DNA of 64,000 nucleotides from Christensenellaceae bacterium (GTDB lineage Bacteria; Bacillota; Clostridia; Christensenellales; Borkfalkiaceae): NCBI GenBank assembly GCA_948658045.1, contig CAPMFN010000007.1, positions 16,865 to 80,864 of the forward strand, read 5' to 3'. Shown piece by piece: positions 55,569 to 64,000 of this stretch (position 1 is its first letter; each line of letters starts with the position of its first letter). The notes under the pieces were generated by a model. It saw only the letters and a program-made list of their open reading frames with translations, ran no database searches and was not told where the DNA came from. The position numbers and the translations under genes were made by a program.

Positions 55569-57644
55569 ATGGCAGAAAAAAGTTATAACGCTGACGATTT
55601 GAAAATTTTAGAGGGTTTGGAGGCCGTCCGTATACGACCCGGTATGTATATCGGGTCTACGGGCGTTAAAGGTCTGCACCATATTCTTTGGGAAATCGTC
55701 GACAACTCTATTGACGAGGCGGCTAACGGCTATGCGGACGAAATAACCGTGACTTTGCATAAAGACGGTTCTGCGTCCGTGCGCGACAACGGCCGCGGAA
55801 TGCCGACGGACGTCAATACAAAAGTTAAAATGAGCGGCGTTGAAATTATTTTTACCAAACTGCATGCAGGCGGAAAGTTCGACAGCAACAATTACGCTTT
55901 TTCCGGCGGACTTCACGGCGTCGGCGCGTCGGTTACAAACGCCCTTTCAGAATGGCTGAGCGTTGAAGTCTACCGCGGCAGCGTATTCAAAATGGACTTT
56001 AAAAGTACCTACGACAAGGAGAGGAAGAAGTGGCTTTGCGGCGTTCCCGTTGCGCCACTTAAAAACACGGGCGAAAAGACAAAGCAGAAAGGTACTCTTG
56101 TAAGATTTAAACCCGATAAAGAAGTTTTTGAAACGGTAGAGTGGAATTACGACACCGTGGCTACAAGGCTTAAAGAGCTTGCGTTTTTAAATAAGGGCGT
56201 TAAGATAAACTTTATTGACGAGCGCGAACTTTATGCCTATGAAGAGGGCGAAGACGACGATGGCAACGTAAGTTCGGTAAAGGTGAAACTGCCTGAGCGC
56301 GAGCCTGTGACTTACAAATACGACGGCGGTATTCGTGATTTTGTAAAGTATATGAACGGCGATAAAACGTCTCTTTATACCGAGCCGCTTTATTTTACCG
56401 CGATTAAAGACATACAAGTCAAGGGCGCGCCGGCAGGTAAAATTAAAATTGAATTTGCTTTGGCGCATACAAAAGACGATAACGAAAGCCTTTTTTCGTT
56501 TGTCAACAATATTTCGACCGTCGAGGGCGGATATCACGAAACGGGTTTTCACAACGGACTTTTGAAAGCCGTAAACGATTATGCGAGAAACAACGGTTTT
56601 TTAAAAGCTAAGGACAGCCCCTTTGTCGCCGACGACGTAAAGGAAGGTCTTACGGCTGTTTTGACCGTTAAAATGAATAACGTACAGTTTGAAGGACAGA
56701 CCAAGACAAAGTTGGGCAATCCCGAAGTAAAACTGCCCGTTGAACAGACGGTTATCGAGGGCTTGCAGAAACTGATGGCGGAAAGAGGCAGTAAAGCCGT
56801 GTTCGACAAAATCGCACAAAAGGCTAAATTTGCCGCCGACGACAGAATTAAACACCGCGCGGAAAGGGACGTAGCCAAGGCGGCTTCGGAGAATGACGGG
56901 CTTAATCTTGTTGGCAAGCTCGCCGCGTGTTCCGGAAGAAACCCCGAACTGAACGAGCTTTTCATTGTGGAGGGCGATTCGGCAGGCGGTACGGCAAAGC
57001 AGGCGAGGGTAAGACAGTTTCAGTCCATTTTGCCTTTGAGGGGCAAACCTTTGAATGTGCAGAAAAAAACTGCTTTACAGGCTTTGCAGAATGAAGAAAT
57101 AAAGACGCTGATTTCTGCGATAGGCGCAGGCTTCAACCGTTCTTTCGACGTTGAAAAATCAAAGTACAAAAAAGTAATCATACTTTCCGATGCCGACCAG
57201 GACGGTATGCATATCCGCTGTATACTTTTAACCTTTTTCTTCAAGTATATGCGCGACCTTGTCAACGCGGGGTGCGTATATATCGGTATGCCGCCCCTTT
57301 ACAAAGTTTATAAAAACGACGTGACGGAGTATGCTTACGACGACAGCGAACTTGACGAAAAAATTAAAAAAGTAGGCAAGGGCTATAAGTTACAGCGTTA
57401 CAAGGGGTTAGGCGAGATGTCCGCCGACCAGCTTTGGGATACGACTATGAACCCTCAGACGCGCAATCTTATACAGGTCACGATAGAGAACGCGGCTCAG
57501 GCGGCCGACGTTATAGATATGCTTATGGGCGACAAGGTTGACGGCAGAAAAGAATTTCTGAACAGAAACGCAAACTTCAATAAAGTTGACGGCTTTATAG
57601 AAAGGGTCAACTTCAAAGCGGAAAACGCGGCGGAGGCTGACTGA
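55569..57644 (+). CDS. type IIA DNA topoisomerase subunit B (GyrB/ParE family; ParE-like by context)
   Basis: The GHKL ATPase ([26 protein letters not shown]) is followed by Toprim ([22 protein letters not shown]) and a C-terminal QRYKGLGEM. Confidence 0.9.
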   Translation: MAEKSYNADDLKILEGLEAVRIRPGMYIGSTGVKGLHHILWEIVDNSIDEAANGYADEITVTLHKDGSASVRDNGRGMPTDVNTKVKMSGVEIIFTKLHAGGKFDSNNYAFSGGLHGVGASVTNALSEWLSVEVYRGSVFKMDFKSTYDKERKKWLCGVPVAPLKNTGEKTKQKGTLVRFKPDKEVFETVEWNYDTVATRLKELAFLNKGVKINFIDERELYAYEEGEDDDGNVSSVKVKLPEREPVTYKYDGGIRDFVKYMNGDKTSLYTEPLYFTAIKDIQVKGAPAGKIKIEFALAHTKDDNESLFSFVNNISTVEGGYHETGFHNGLLKAVNDYARNNGFLKAKDSPFVADDVKEGLTAVLTVKMNNVQFEGQTKTKLGNPEVKLPVEQTVIEGLQKLMAERGSKAVFDKIAQKAKFAADDRIKHRAERDVAKAASENDGLNLVGKLAACSGRNPELNELFIVEGDSAGGTAKQARVRQFQSILPLRGKPLNVQKKTALQALQNEEIKTLISAIGAGFNRSFDVEKSKYKKVIILSDADQDGMHIRCILLTFFFKYMRDLVNAGCVYIGMPPLYKVYKNDVTEYAYDDSELDEKIKKVGKGYKLQRYKGLGEMSADQLWDTTMNPQTRNLIQVTIENAAQAADVIDMLMGDKVDGRKEFLNRNANFNKVDGFIERVNFKAENAAEAD

Positions 57645-60130
57645 TGGCTAAAAAGAACAACGGTTTCCAGACTGAAATACCTCAGGGCAACGTCTATGTT
57701 CAAAGCATTGAAGAGGTTATGCCTGGGTCAATGCTTCCTTATGCGGAGTTCGTCATTTTGGACAGAGCTCTGCCGAGGGTGGAGGACGGTTTAAAACCCG
57801 TACAGCGCAGAATTTTATACACGATGTACGAGATGGGTTTAACGCCCGACAAACCGCATAAAAAATCGGCGAGAATTGTCGGCGACTGTATGGGTAAGTA
57901 TCATCCCCACGGCGACAGTTCGGTTTATGATGCAATGGTGAGGATGGCTCAGTCTTTCAATATGCGAATGACTCTTGTAAACGGTCACGGCAACTTCGGG
58001 TCGGTAGACGGCGACCCTGCCGCGGCGATGAGGTATACAGAGGCGAGACTCGAACCCCTTGCAATGGAGCTTTTAAGCGACCTTGAAAAAGAGACTGTAC
58101 CTTTTTCGTTTAACTTTGACGACAGCTTGCTTGAACCCGATTTGTTGCCCGGCAGATATCCCAATCTTCTTGTCAACGGCGCCAACGGTATCGCTGTCGG
58201 ACTTGCGACAAACATTCCCACGCACAATCTCGGCGAGGTAATAGACGGCTGTTGCGCTTATATAGACAATCCGCGTATTTCACTCGGCGAAATGATGAAG
58301 ATAATCCCCGGTCCCGATTTTTCTACGGGCGGATACGTCATTTCCAATGAGCTGAAACAGGCGTATGAGACGGGTAAAGGTAAAATAATCCTGCGCGCAA
58401 AATACGCCGTGGAACAGGGTGAATACGGGAAAAAGCTTATAGTAATTTCCGAACTTCCCTATCAGACTAACAAAGCCGACCTGTTGCGCAAAATTATGCT
58501 TTTACGCGAGGATAAAAAAGAACTTCTGTCGGGTATAGCGGAAATAGTGGACGAAAGCGACAGAAGCGGTATGCGCGCCGTCATCGCCGTAAAAAAGGAC
58601 GCGGATGTTGACGCAATACTAAAAGTTCTTTTTAAATACACTGATTTGGAGTGTACGTTCGGTATCAATATGGTAGCGATTGCCGGAGGAAGACCCCGTC
58701 AGCTGGGGCTTTTGGAAATTATTCGCTATTATACAAACTATCAACGTTCTATCATCCAAAGGCGTTGCAAATTTGAGCTTAAAGAAGCGCAGGCGCGCTG
58801 TCATATTTTGGAAGGACTGATAATCGGCGTTCATAACGTTGACGAAGTGGTTAAAATCATAAAGTCCGCCGAAAATACGGGCGATGCGAGAAGAAAACTT
58901 ATGGAAAGGTTTTCCCTTTCCGAAAAACAGGCGCAGGCAATTCTCGATTTGCGGCTTGCAAGGCTTGCAAAGCTTGAAATCGCGAAACTCGAAAAAGAGC
59001 TTGAAGAACTTAAAAGGCGTATAGCATGGCTTCAGAAAGTGCTTGACAGCAAAGATTTGCAGTGGAAAATTGTCAAAGATGAAATGCTTGCTATCAAATG
59101 TAAGTACAGAAACGACAGAAAGACGCAGATTTTCGACAGCGTTGAGCAGATTCCCGTCCGCCGCGCCGACGTCAAAGTGTTCGTAGCAAACTGGACTTTA
59201 GCAATTACAGGCGGCAATAACCTCAAATTTATGATAAGAGAGGAGTTTGACAGCCATTATAAAAAGAAGCTTGCGGCAAGTTCTGGGCTGGCTGTGATAT
59301 ATAAACAGGTTTTAAACTGTTCCAATTCCGCCGCCGTCTATTGCTTTACCAATCTCGGAAACTGCATAAAATTTGATTTGAATGAAACGGAACCGCTTGA
59401 TTACCGTTCTGTCGGCGTAAAGCTTGAAAGCCTTGCGGACGGAGCGGAAAAGGGTGAGTATCCCGTCAAACTTTTTGCCGAGGAGTGTACGCCTGACGGT
59501 GAATTGCTGTTCTTTACAAAACAGGGCGCGGTAAAACGCACGGAGTTTGCGGAATTCGCGCAGGGCAGAAAGCCTACGCAGGCGTTCAAACTCAAAAGCG
59601 GCGACGAACTTTTAAATGTTGAGAAATTCGACGGCGACGAGTTTTCGACAATGCTTTTCGTCACAAAAAAAGCGATGTGCCTTATCGCGTCAAAGGACGA
59701 CGTGCCCGTACAGGGTAAATCCGCAGGCGGCGTAAAAGGAGTGGGGCTGAACGGCGGAGACGAAGTTATATTTGCCACACAGCAGAACGGAGAGGGCGAG
59801 ATAATAATCGTCACTACATTAGGCGGCGCAAAAAGGGTTGTTTCCTCTGTTTTCGAAACCTATAACAGGGGCGCAAAAGGCGTTATGATAGCCGATATAA
59901 AGGGCAAAGGTGAAGTGCTTTTCGCAGATTACGTCACCTTGCCCTACAATCTCGCGTTTATGACCGCGGAAAGGACTGTTTACGAAATCGATACCGAAAC
60001 TCTGCCTATAGAGCCGCGCGTTTCAAAGGGTAAGCCTGTAAAGGGAATAAACAACATATCAAAGGTTGTTGCAATGAAGTACAAATCGGACTATCCCGAC
60101 GGCATACAGCTCAATTTAGGCGGTATTTAA
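57644..60130 (+). CDS. type IIA DNA topoisomerase subunit A (GyrA/ParC family; no GyrA-box seen, ParC-like)
   Basis: [12 protein letters not shown], and the active-site region [10 protein letters not shown] with the catalytic Tyr. No Q(R/K)RGG(R/K)G motif is present at the start of the C-terminal beta-pinwheel. The start overlaps the B-subunit stop by 1 nt. Confidence 0.9.
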   Translation: MAKKNNGFQTEIPQGNVYVQSIEEVMPGSMLPYAEFVILDRALPRVEDGLKPVQRRILYTMYEMGLTPDKPHKKSARIVGDCMGKYHPHGDSSVYDAMVRMAQSFNMRMTLVNGHGNFGSVDGDPAAAMRYTEARLEPLAMELLSDLEKETVPFSFNFDDSLLEPDLLPGRYPNLLVNGANGIAVGLATNIPTHNLGEVIDGCCAYIDNPRISLGEMMKIIPGPDFSTGGYVISNELKQAYETGKGKIILRAKYAVEQGEYGKKLIVISELPYQTNKADLLRKIMLLREDKKELLSGIAEIVDESDRSGMRAVIAVKKDADVDAILKVLFKYTDLECTFGINMVAIAGGRPRQLGLLEIIRYYTNYQRSIIQRRCKFELKEAQARCHILEGLIIGVHNVDEVVKIIKSAENTGDARRKLMERFSLSEKQAQAILDLRLARLAKLEIAKLEKELEELKRRIAWLQKVLDSKDLQWKIVKDEMLAIKCKYRNDRKTQIFDSVEQIPVRRADVKVFVANWTLAITGGNNLKFMIREEFDSHYKKKLAASSGLAVIYKQVLNCSNSAAVYCFTNLGNCIKFDLNETEPLDYRSVGVKLESLADGAEKGEYPVKLFAEECTPDGELLFFTKQGAVKRTEFAEFAQGRKPTQAFKLKSGDELLNVEKFDGDEFSTMLFVTKKAMCLIASKDDVPVQGKSAGGVKGVGLNGGDEVIFATQQNGEGEIIIVTTLGGAKRVVSSVFETYNRGAKGVMIADIKGKGEVLFADYVTLPYNLAFMTAERTVYEIDTETLPIEPRVSKGKPVKGINNISKVVAMKYKSDYPDGIQLNLGGI

Positions 60131-60153
60131 AATTAGTCATATTTAAATTTGCC

Positions 60154-60282
60154 TTATTCGTCTTCTCTTGTACATCCCGATGTGCGGTATACAATTTTAC
60201 GCCAATATGAACACCATAGCGTCCAAAAACTGTTAGTTGTCTGAGCGTAAGGGCAATTGTTGCAGTTGCATAGTATTTTCAT
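60154..60282 (-). CDS. unannotated 42-aa Cys/Trp-rich small ORF
   Basis: Manual translation gives MKILCNCNNCPYAQTTNSFWTLWCSYWRKIVYRTSGCTREDE. An AAGGAA RBS lies 6 nt upstream of the ATG. The ORF sits between two terminators. Confidence 0.35.
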   Translation of the reverse strand: MKILCNCNNCPYAQTTNSFWTLWCSYWRKIVYRTSGCTREDE

Positions 60283-60357
60283 ATGATGTTCCTTAAACTT
60301 TTTACAAGCATATTTTCTATTTATTAAAAATTAATATAAACGGCTGATAATCAATAA

Positions 60358-60394
60358 ACTGCGCCGCGGCAAATGCCGCGGCGCAGTGTTTTTT
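60358..60394. terminator. GC-rich hairpin terminator downstream of the flotillin gene
   Basis: ACTGCGCCGCGGC-AAAT-GCCGCGGCGCAGT, a 13-bp stem, with TTTTTT on the plus side. Confidence 0.7.
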
Positions 60395-60400
60395 GTTAAA

Positions 60401-61837
60401 TTAGTTTTCTTCTGTACCGTCGGATGCGGTTTCGCCGTTGGCTTCGTTGTTTTCTTCCGCGTCCACGGGCGAAATTATCTTGGGCATTTTCAGCCCTGCC
60501 ATACCGTACAAATCGTCAAGAGGAGGGAGGGATTTCAGCATACCTGATAAGAAGTTCGCCGTTGAGGTTTTACCGTCTGCATTCTGTCCGCCGTCCCATA
60601 CGGTGATTTTGTCGATTTTAATATTCTTAATAGCTTCAACCTGTGTCGCAACAAGGTTTTCAAGCTTGTCGGCAATCATAAGGCGCACTGCTTCGTCCGC
60701 AGAACCTGCGGCTTTTACAAGCTTTTGCATACCTTCCGCCTGTTTGGTCAAGGTTTGCAAAACACCCCTTGCTTCGGCTTCCATTCTTGCATAAATCGCA
60801 TCGGCTTCACCTTTTGCGCGGCGACGGATGTTTTCCGCTTCGGCGTCGGCTTCAATTTCTATCTTTCTCTTTTCAATTTCGGAAGCGACGATGACGTCGG
60901 CTTCTTTTGTTGCTTTTTCCCTTGAAGCACGGGCTATTTCGGCTTGCTGTTCTGCGGCATAGCTTTCTTCTTTTGCCTTAGCCGCCTGAACGTTTTCTGC
61001 AGTGACGGCAAGCTTCATAGCTTCCGCTTCGCGTTGTCTCAACAGCGCTTTTGATTGCGCTATGTCGGCTCTTGCCTTGTTTTCGCCCTCGATAGCCTTA
61101 CTTTCGGCTTCCGCAACGTTTATACGCTGTTCCATCTGGGCTTTTGCTTCACCGATTGAACCTTTCTTGTTTTCTTCCGCAACGGAAATTTTTGCGTCGT
61201 TTATAGCTTTTGCCGCAGCTTCTTTACCGAGTGCCGCTATGTAGCCCGATTCGTCCGAAATGTCGGTCATGTTAACGTTGATTAATTTGAGACCGAGCTT
61301 TTTAAGTTCGCCCTCGACGTTTCTTGAAATAGCTTCCAGAAATTTGTCGCGGTCGGTGTTTATTTCTTCGATATCCATTGTCGCAATGACAAGACGGAGC
61401 TGACCGAATATAACGTCCTTCGCAAGTTCGGAAATCTGTTTAAGCTGTAAGCCCAGAAGTCTTTCCGCGGCATTCTGCATTATAGCGGGGTCTGTTGAAA
61501 TACCTACGGTGAATACAGAGGGGACGTCGATACGGATATTCTGTTTGGAAAGAGCGTTTTTAAGGTCGACTGAAATCGATAACGGCGTCAAATCCAAAAA
61601 GGTATACGACTGAACGAACGGCCAGATAAATGCCGCGCCGCCGTGAATGCACTTTGCGCTTCTTCCCGTGCCGTCCTTATTTTTTGAAACTTTACCGTAT
61701 ATGACCATTACTTTGTCCGAGGGGCATTTCTTGTATCTGACCAGAACAACAAGCAACAGCATAAACAGCACCAGCACCGCAACGACTACCAGAACAATGG
61801 TAAGCGTAAGCGACGCATTCAGTAAATTGTTCAACAT
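60401..61837 (-). CDS. flotillin-family (SPFH domain) protein
   Basis: An N-terminal TM, an SPFH domain, and a long Ala/Glu-rich coiled-coil (AEAEAMKLAVTAENVQAAKAKEESYAAEQQAEIA). AAGGAG RBS. Confidence 0.88.
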   Translation of the reverse strand: MLNNLLNASLTLTIVLVVVAVLVLFMLLLVVLVRYKKCPSDKVMVIYGKVSKNKDGTGRSAKCIHGGAAFIWPFVQSYTFLDLTPLSISVDLKNALSKQNIRIDVPSVFTVGISTDPAIMQNAAERLLGLQLKQISELAKDVIFGQLRLVIATMDIEEINTDRDKFLEAISRNVEGELKKLGLKLINVNMTDISDESGYIAALGKEAAAKAINDAKISVAEENKKGSIGEAKAQMEQRINVAEAESKAIEGENKARADIAQSKALLRQREAEAMKLAVTAENVQAAKAKEESYAAEQQAEIARASREKATKEADVIVASEIEKRKIEIEADAEAENIRRRAKGEADAIYARMEAEARGVLQTLTKQAEGMQKLVKAAGSADEAVRLMIADKLENLVATQVEAIKNIKIDKITVWDGGQNADGKTSTANFLSGMLKSLPPLDDLYGMAGLKMPKIISPVDAEENNEANGETASDGTEEN

Positions 61838-62173
61838 TTTTTATATTCTCCTTAAATTTTTAATTCTTATTAAACACCTTAGTCGGGTGAATATTTCTTT
61901 TTTTCTTTTTCGATTTCGGATTTGGCATGTTATATTGCTTTCCGAATTTGCTCTTTGCCGTATTCCGCAAAATATCCGTCTTCGTCGGACATATCGGTAA
62001 ATCTGTAATTGTCCGAGGTCAGTAAGTTTTTAAGACTGACGGGAGGTAAAGGCAGTAAGGTTTATGTAAGTCCGTTTTTAAAAGGCGATATAAGTCCGCG
62101 CTTATTATGATAGCACTTCATACTTAATAAATCGGATCTGCCCTATTTATCGGTTTTATAAGTGACAAGAATA

Positions 62174-62821
62174 TTATTTTTCGGGAGTTTGATTAGCCGC
62201 CTCAGTCTCAGACGTTTTTTCTTCCGTTTCAGCTGTTTCGGTCTTATTTTCAAGCTTTTTTACGACCATACATTCGTTCTCGTTTGAAATTATTTCAACA
62301 GCTTCGTCAACGGTCAGTCTTGCCCCGTCCGTCATTGCGTCTAATTCCATAAATTTTCCCTGCGCTGTCAGAGTAATTTTACCCCGTCCGCTTCTTTCCG
62401 CAGGTATGGAAACGTAAACCGTTGCGCTTTTGCCTACAAGCTTTTCGGGCTGAAAGGCCCCGTTGCTTTGCAGTTTGAGCATTGCGCGCATCAGAAGCAC
62501 GACCACAGCCATCGCCGCGGCACCGCCTACGATTGCGGAAATTACCGAAACCCATTGCAAATTGTCTGCGCAGAGAGCGCAGGTAAGCAAGCCTGCCCAG
62601 CAACCGACCGCAAAAAACGCGGTTATGCTTTTAACGGTAAAAATCGACACGCCGGAATCTGTATCTACGTCGATATCTCCGTCGCCGTCAATATCGACAT
62701 CGCCGCCGAAAGACGTAAAACAAAGCATTATTATCTGTATTATCAAGAATACGGTCGCAACAATTCCCAGCCAGAAATAAACCTGCTCCAAAACGGAAAG
62801 AGTTTTATACCATTCAATCAT
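62174..62821 (-). CDS. NfeD-like membrane protein (YuaF-like partner of flotillin)
   Basis: Three TM helices and a C-terminal OB-like segment GKSATVYVSIPAERSGRGKITLTAQGKFMELDAMT. It lies upstream of the flotillin gene. AGGAGG RBS. Confidence 0.7.
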   Translation of the reverse strand: MIEWYKTLSVLEQVYFWLGIVATVFLIIQIIMLCFTSFGGDVDIDGDGDIDVDTDSGVSIFTVKSITAFFAVGCWAGLLTCALCADNLQWVSVISAIVGGAAAMAVVVLLMRAMLKLQSNGAFQPEKLVGKSATVYVSIPAERSGRGKITLTAQGKFMELDAMTDGARLTVDEAVEIISNENECMVVKKLENKTETAETEEKTSETEAANQTPEK

Positions 62822-63127
62822 CTTCGGAAAAACCTCCTACGGTTATTATGTAAACCGTTTATGCGTTCTCAAAACAATAATTGATAAAATTTTATCGATT
62901 ACCTGAACGTTTTTATTATAACATATATATTCCGTATAGTCAATAATCGTAAAAAACCTTTACGTTGGCAATTATTGCAAGACCGTTAAAAAGAGTAAGT
63001 ATAAAAAGAGTTTTTCAGTCGCAGACCTGCTTTTTTTAAATTTAAGTTATTAAAAGATAAAAATTATGTATTGGCATAGCGTCAGCAAAACGCTGAAAGA
63101 CCGTTGATGAAAAGATGTTTAATTTTA

Positions 63128-63156
63128 TTGATTTTATAGGTTATTTGTTGTATAAT
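63128..63156 (+). promoter_or_regulatory. candidate promoter of the aminotransferase gene
   Basis: TTGATT (63128-63133), a 17-nt spacer, then TATAAT (63151-63156). Confidence 0.45.
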
Positions 63157-63215
63157 ATTTAAAATATTATATATTTTTGTATATATACGTTTATATTACG
63201 AGGTTGGACTTAAAA

Positions 63216-64000
63216 ATGGAAGTTAAATTTTCGCCGCCCGATATTTCCGTAAAAGAAATAGACGAGGTTTGCGCAGCGCTTAAATCAGGTTGGATAACTA
63301 CGGGACCGAGAACAAAAGAACTTGAAAAACAGGTTGCGGAATTCTGCGGCGTAAAACGCGCGGTTTGCCTCAATTCCCAGACTGCCTGCGCTGAAATGGC
63401 GTTGCGTTTGCTGGGCATAGGTGAGGGAGACGAAGTAATTACTTCCGCTTATACATATTCGGCTTCGGCTTCGGTCATCTGTCATGTCGGCGCAAAACCC
63501 GTACTTGTGGATACACAAAAAGACAGTCTTGAAATGGATTATAACCTGCTTGAAAAAGCGGTCAATTCCAAAACCAAAGCTATCATCCCCGTCGATTTGG
63601 CAGGAATTCCTTGCGATTACGATAAGATTTACGAAATAGTTGAAAAAAAGAAAGATATTTTCAAACCGTCAAACGACTTGCAAAAGGCTTTCGGGCGCGT
63701 AATCGTTCTTGCCGATACGGCTCACGCATTCGGTGCGGAGCGTAGCGGACGGAAAGCAGGTAGTTTAGCCGATTTTTCGGCGTTCTCCTTTCATGCTGTA
63801 AAGAATTTTACTACGGCGGAGGGCGGCGCTCTCACCTGGCGCGATATACAAGGTATTGATAACGAAGATATTTACCGTAAATTACAGCTTCTTTCATTGC
63901 ACGGTCAATCCAAAGACGCGCTTGCAAAGACGCAGTTGGGCGCGTGGGAGTACGATATTATCGGCACATGGTATAAATGCAATATGACCGACGTTGCCGC
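63216..64000 (+). CDS. DegT/DnrJ/EryC1/StrS-family PLP-dependent sugar aminotransferase, 3'-partial (runs off window)
   Basis: Manual translation gives MEVKFSPPDISVKEIDEVCAALKSGWITTGPRTKELEKQVAEF... followed by FSFHAVKNFTTAEGGA, which carries the PLP Lys. There is no stop before 64000, and the ORF is absent from the track for that reason. Confidence 0.85.
   Translation, partial: MEVKFSPPDISVKEIDEVCAALKSGWITTGPRTKELEKQVAEFCGVKRAVCLNSQTACAEMALRLLGIGEGDEVITSAYTYSASASVICHVGAKPVLVDTQKDSLEMDYNLLEKAVNSKTKAIIPVDLAGIPCDYDKIYEIVEKKKDIFKPSNDLQKAFGRVIVLADTAHAFGAERSGRKAGSLADFSAFSFHAVKNFTTAEGGALTWRDIQGIDNEDIYRKLQLLSLHGQSKDALAKTQLGAWEYDIIGTWYKCNMTDVA

Noticed and set aside
61930-61992. A 20-codon ORF (MSDEDGYFAEYGKEQIRKAI) in the nfeD-flotillin spacer.
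   Set aside because: It has no Shine-Dalgarno and no promoter geometry, and it is too short to judge.
62468-62884. A 138-aa plus-strand ORF and a 105-aa ORF opposite nfeD.
   Set aside because: They are antisense to a gene with a good RBS and a TM/OB architecture, and they have no translation signals.

Overview
This is a chromosomal segment of a Gram-positive bacterium, probably Bacillota and Clostridia-like. That placement is inferred from gene content and order (rpsF-ssb-rpsR, rpoB-rpoC, radA, ispDF), GGAGG-type ribosome-binding sites and tRNA genes that encode CCA. All product calls rest on motifs I recognise by eye; no database search was possible.

Positions 1-11.2 kb form an accessory RHS/YD-repeat polymorphic-toxin locus. 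It holds the 3' 4.8 kb of a very large rhs gene (reading frame open to the left window edge) and a small membrane ORF that is the candidate immunity gene. Five 'orphan' modules follow. Each has RHS-tip homology, an alternative C-terminal toxin and a small AT-rich immunity ORF, and modules 1-4 end with a hairpin terminator. The last module is a chimeric, truncated copy ending exactly at the terminator of tRNA-Arg(ACG). Every toxin tip looks membrane-active (glycine-zipper or TM-rich). The four short orphan modules each begin with a conserved, near-consensus sigma-A promoter-like motif. One immunity ORF is frameshifted at an (AT)6 tract.

The remaining 11.3-64 kb is mostly core genome:
- Enzymes and regulators: permuted-papain hydrolase, M20 dipeptidase, NarL-type two-component system, PP2C phosphatase, lipid kinase, CCA enzyme.
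- rpsF-ssb-rpsR, then an XRE regulator paired with a membrane protein whose promoter carries clear operators, and YggS.
- A 2115-aa membrane-anchored repeat protein followed by a decayed phosphoglycosyl transferase.
- radA, ispDF, an S4-domain protein, and rpoB (long acidic tail) with rpoC.
- A DUF368 protein, an EFR1-ferredoxin/SDR gene pair, YitT and tRNA-Leu(UAG).
- A MacB/FtsX-type ABC transporter, rpsU, pcrA, ligA and a Cys-repeat lipoprotein.
- A type IIA topoisomerase B/A pair (ParE/ParC-like), an unannotated 42-aa Cys-rich ORF, nfeD-flotillin, and a 3'-partial DegT-family aminotransferase.

I saw no rRNA, CRISPR array, transposase or integrase.
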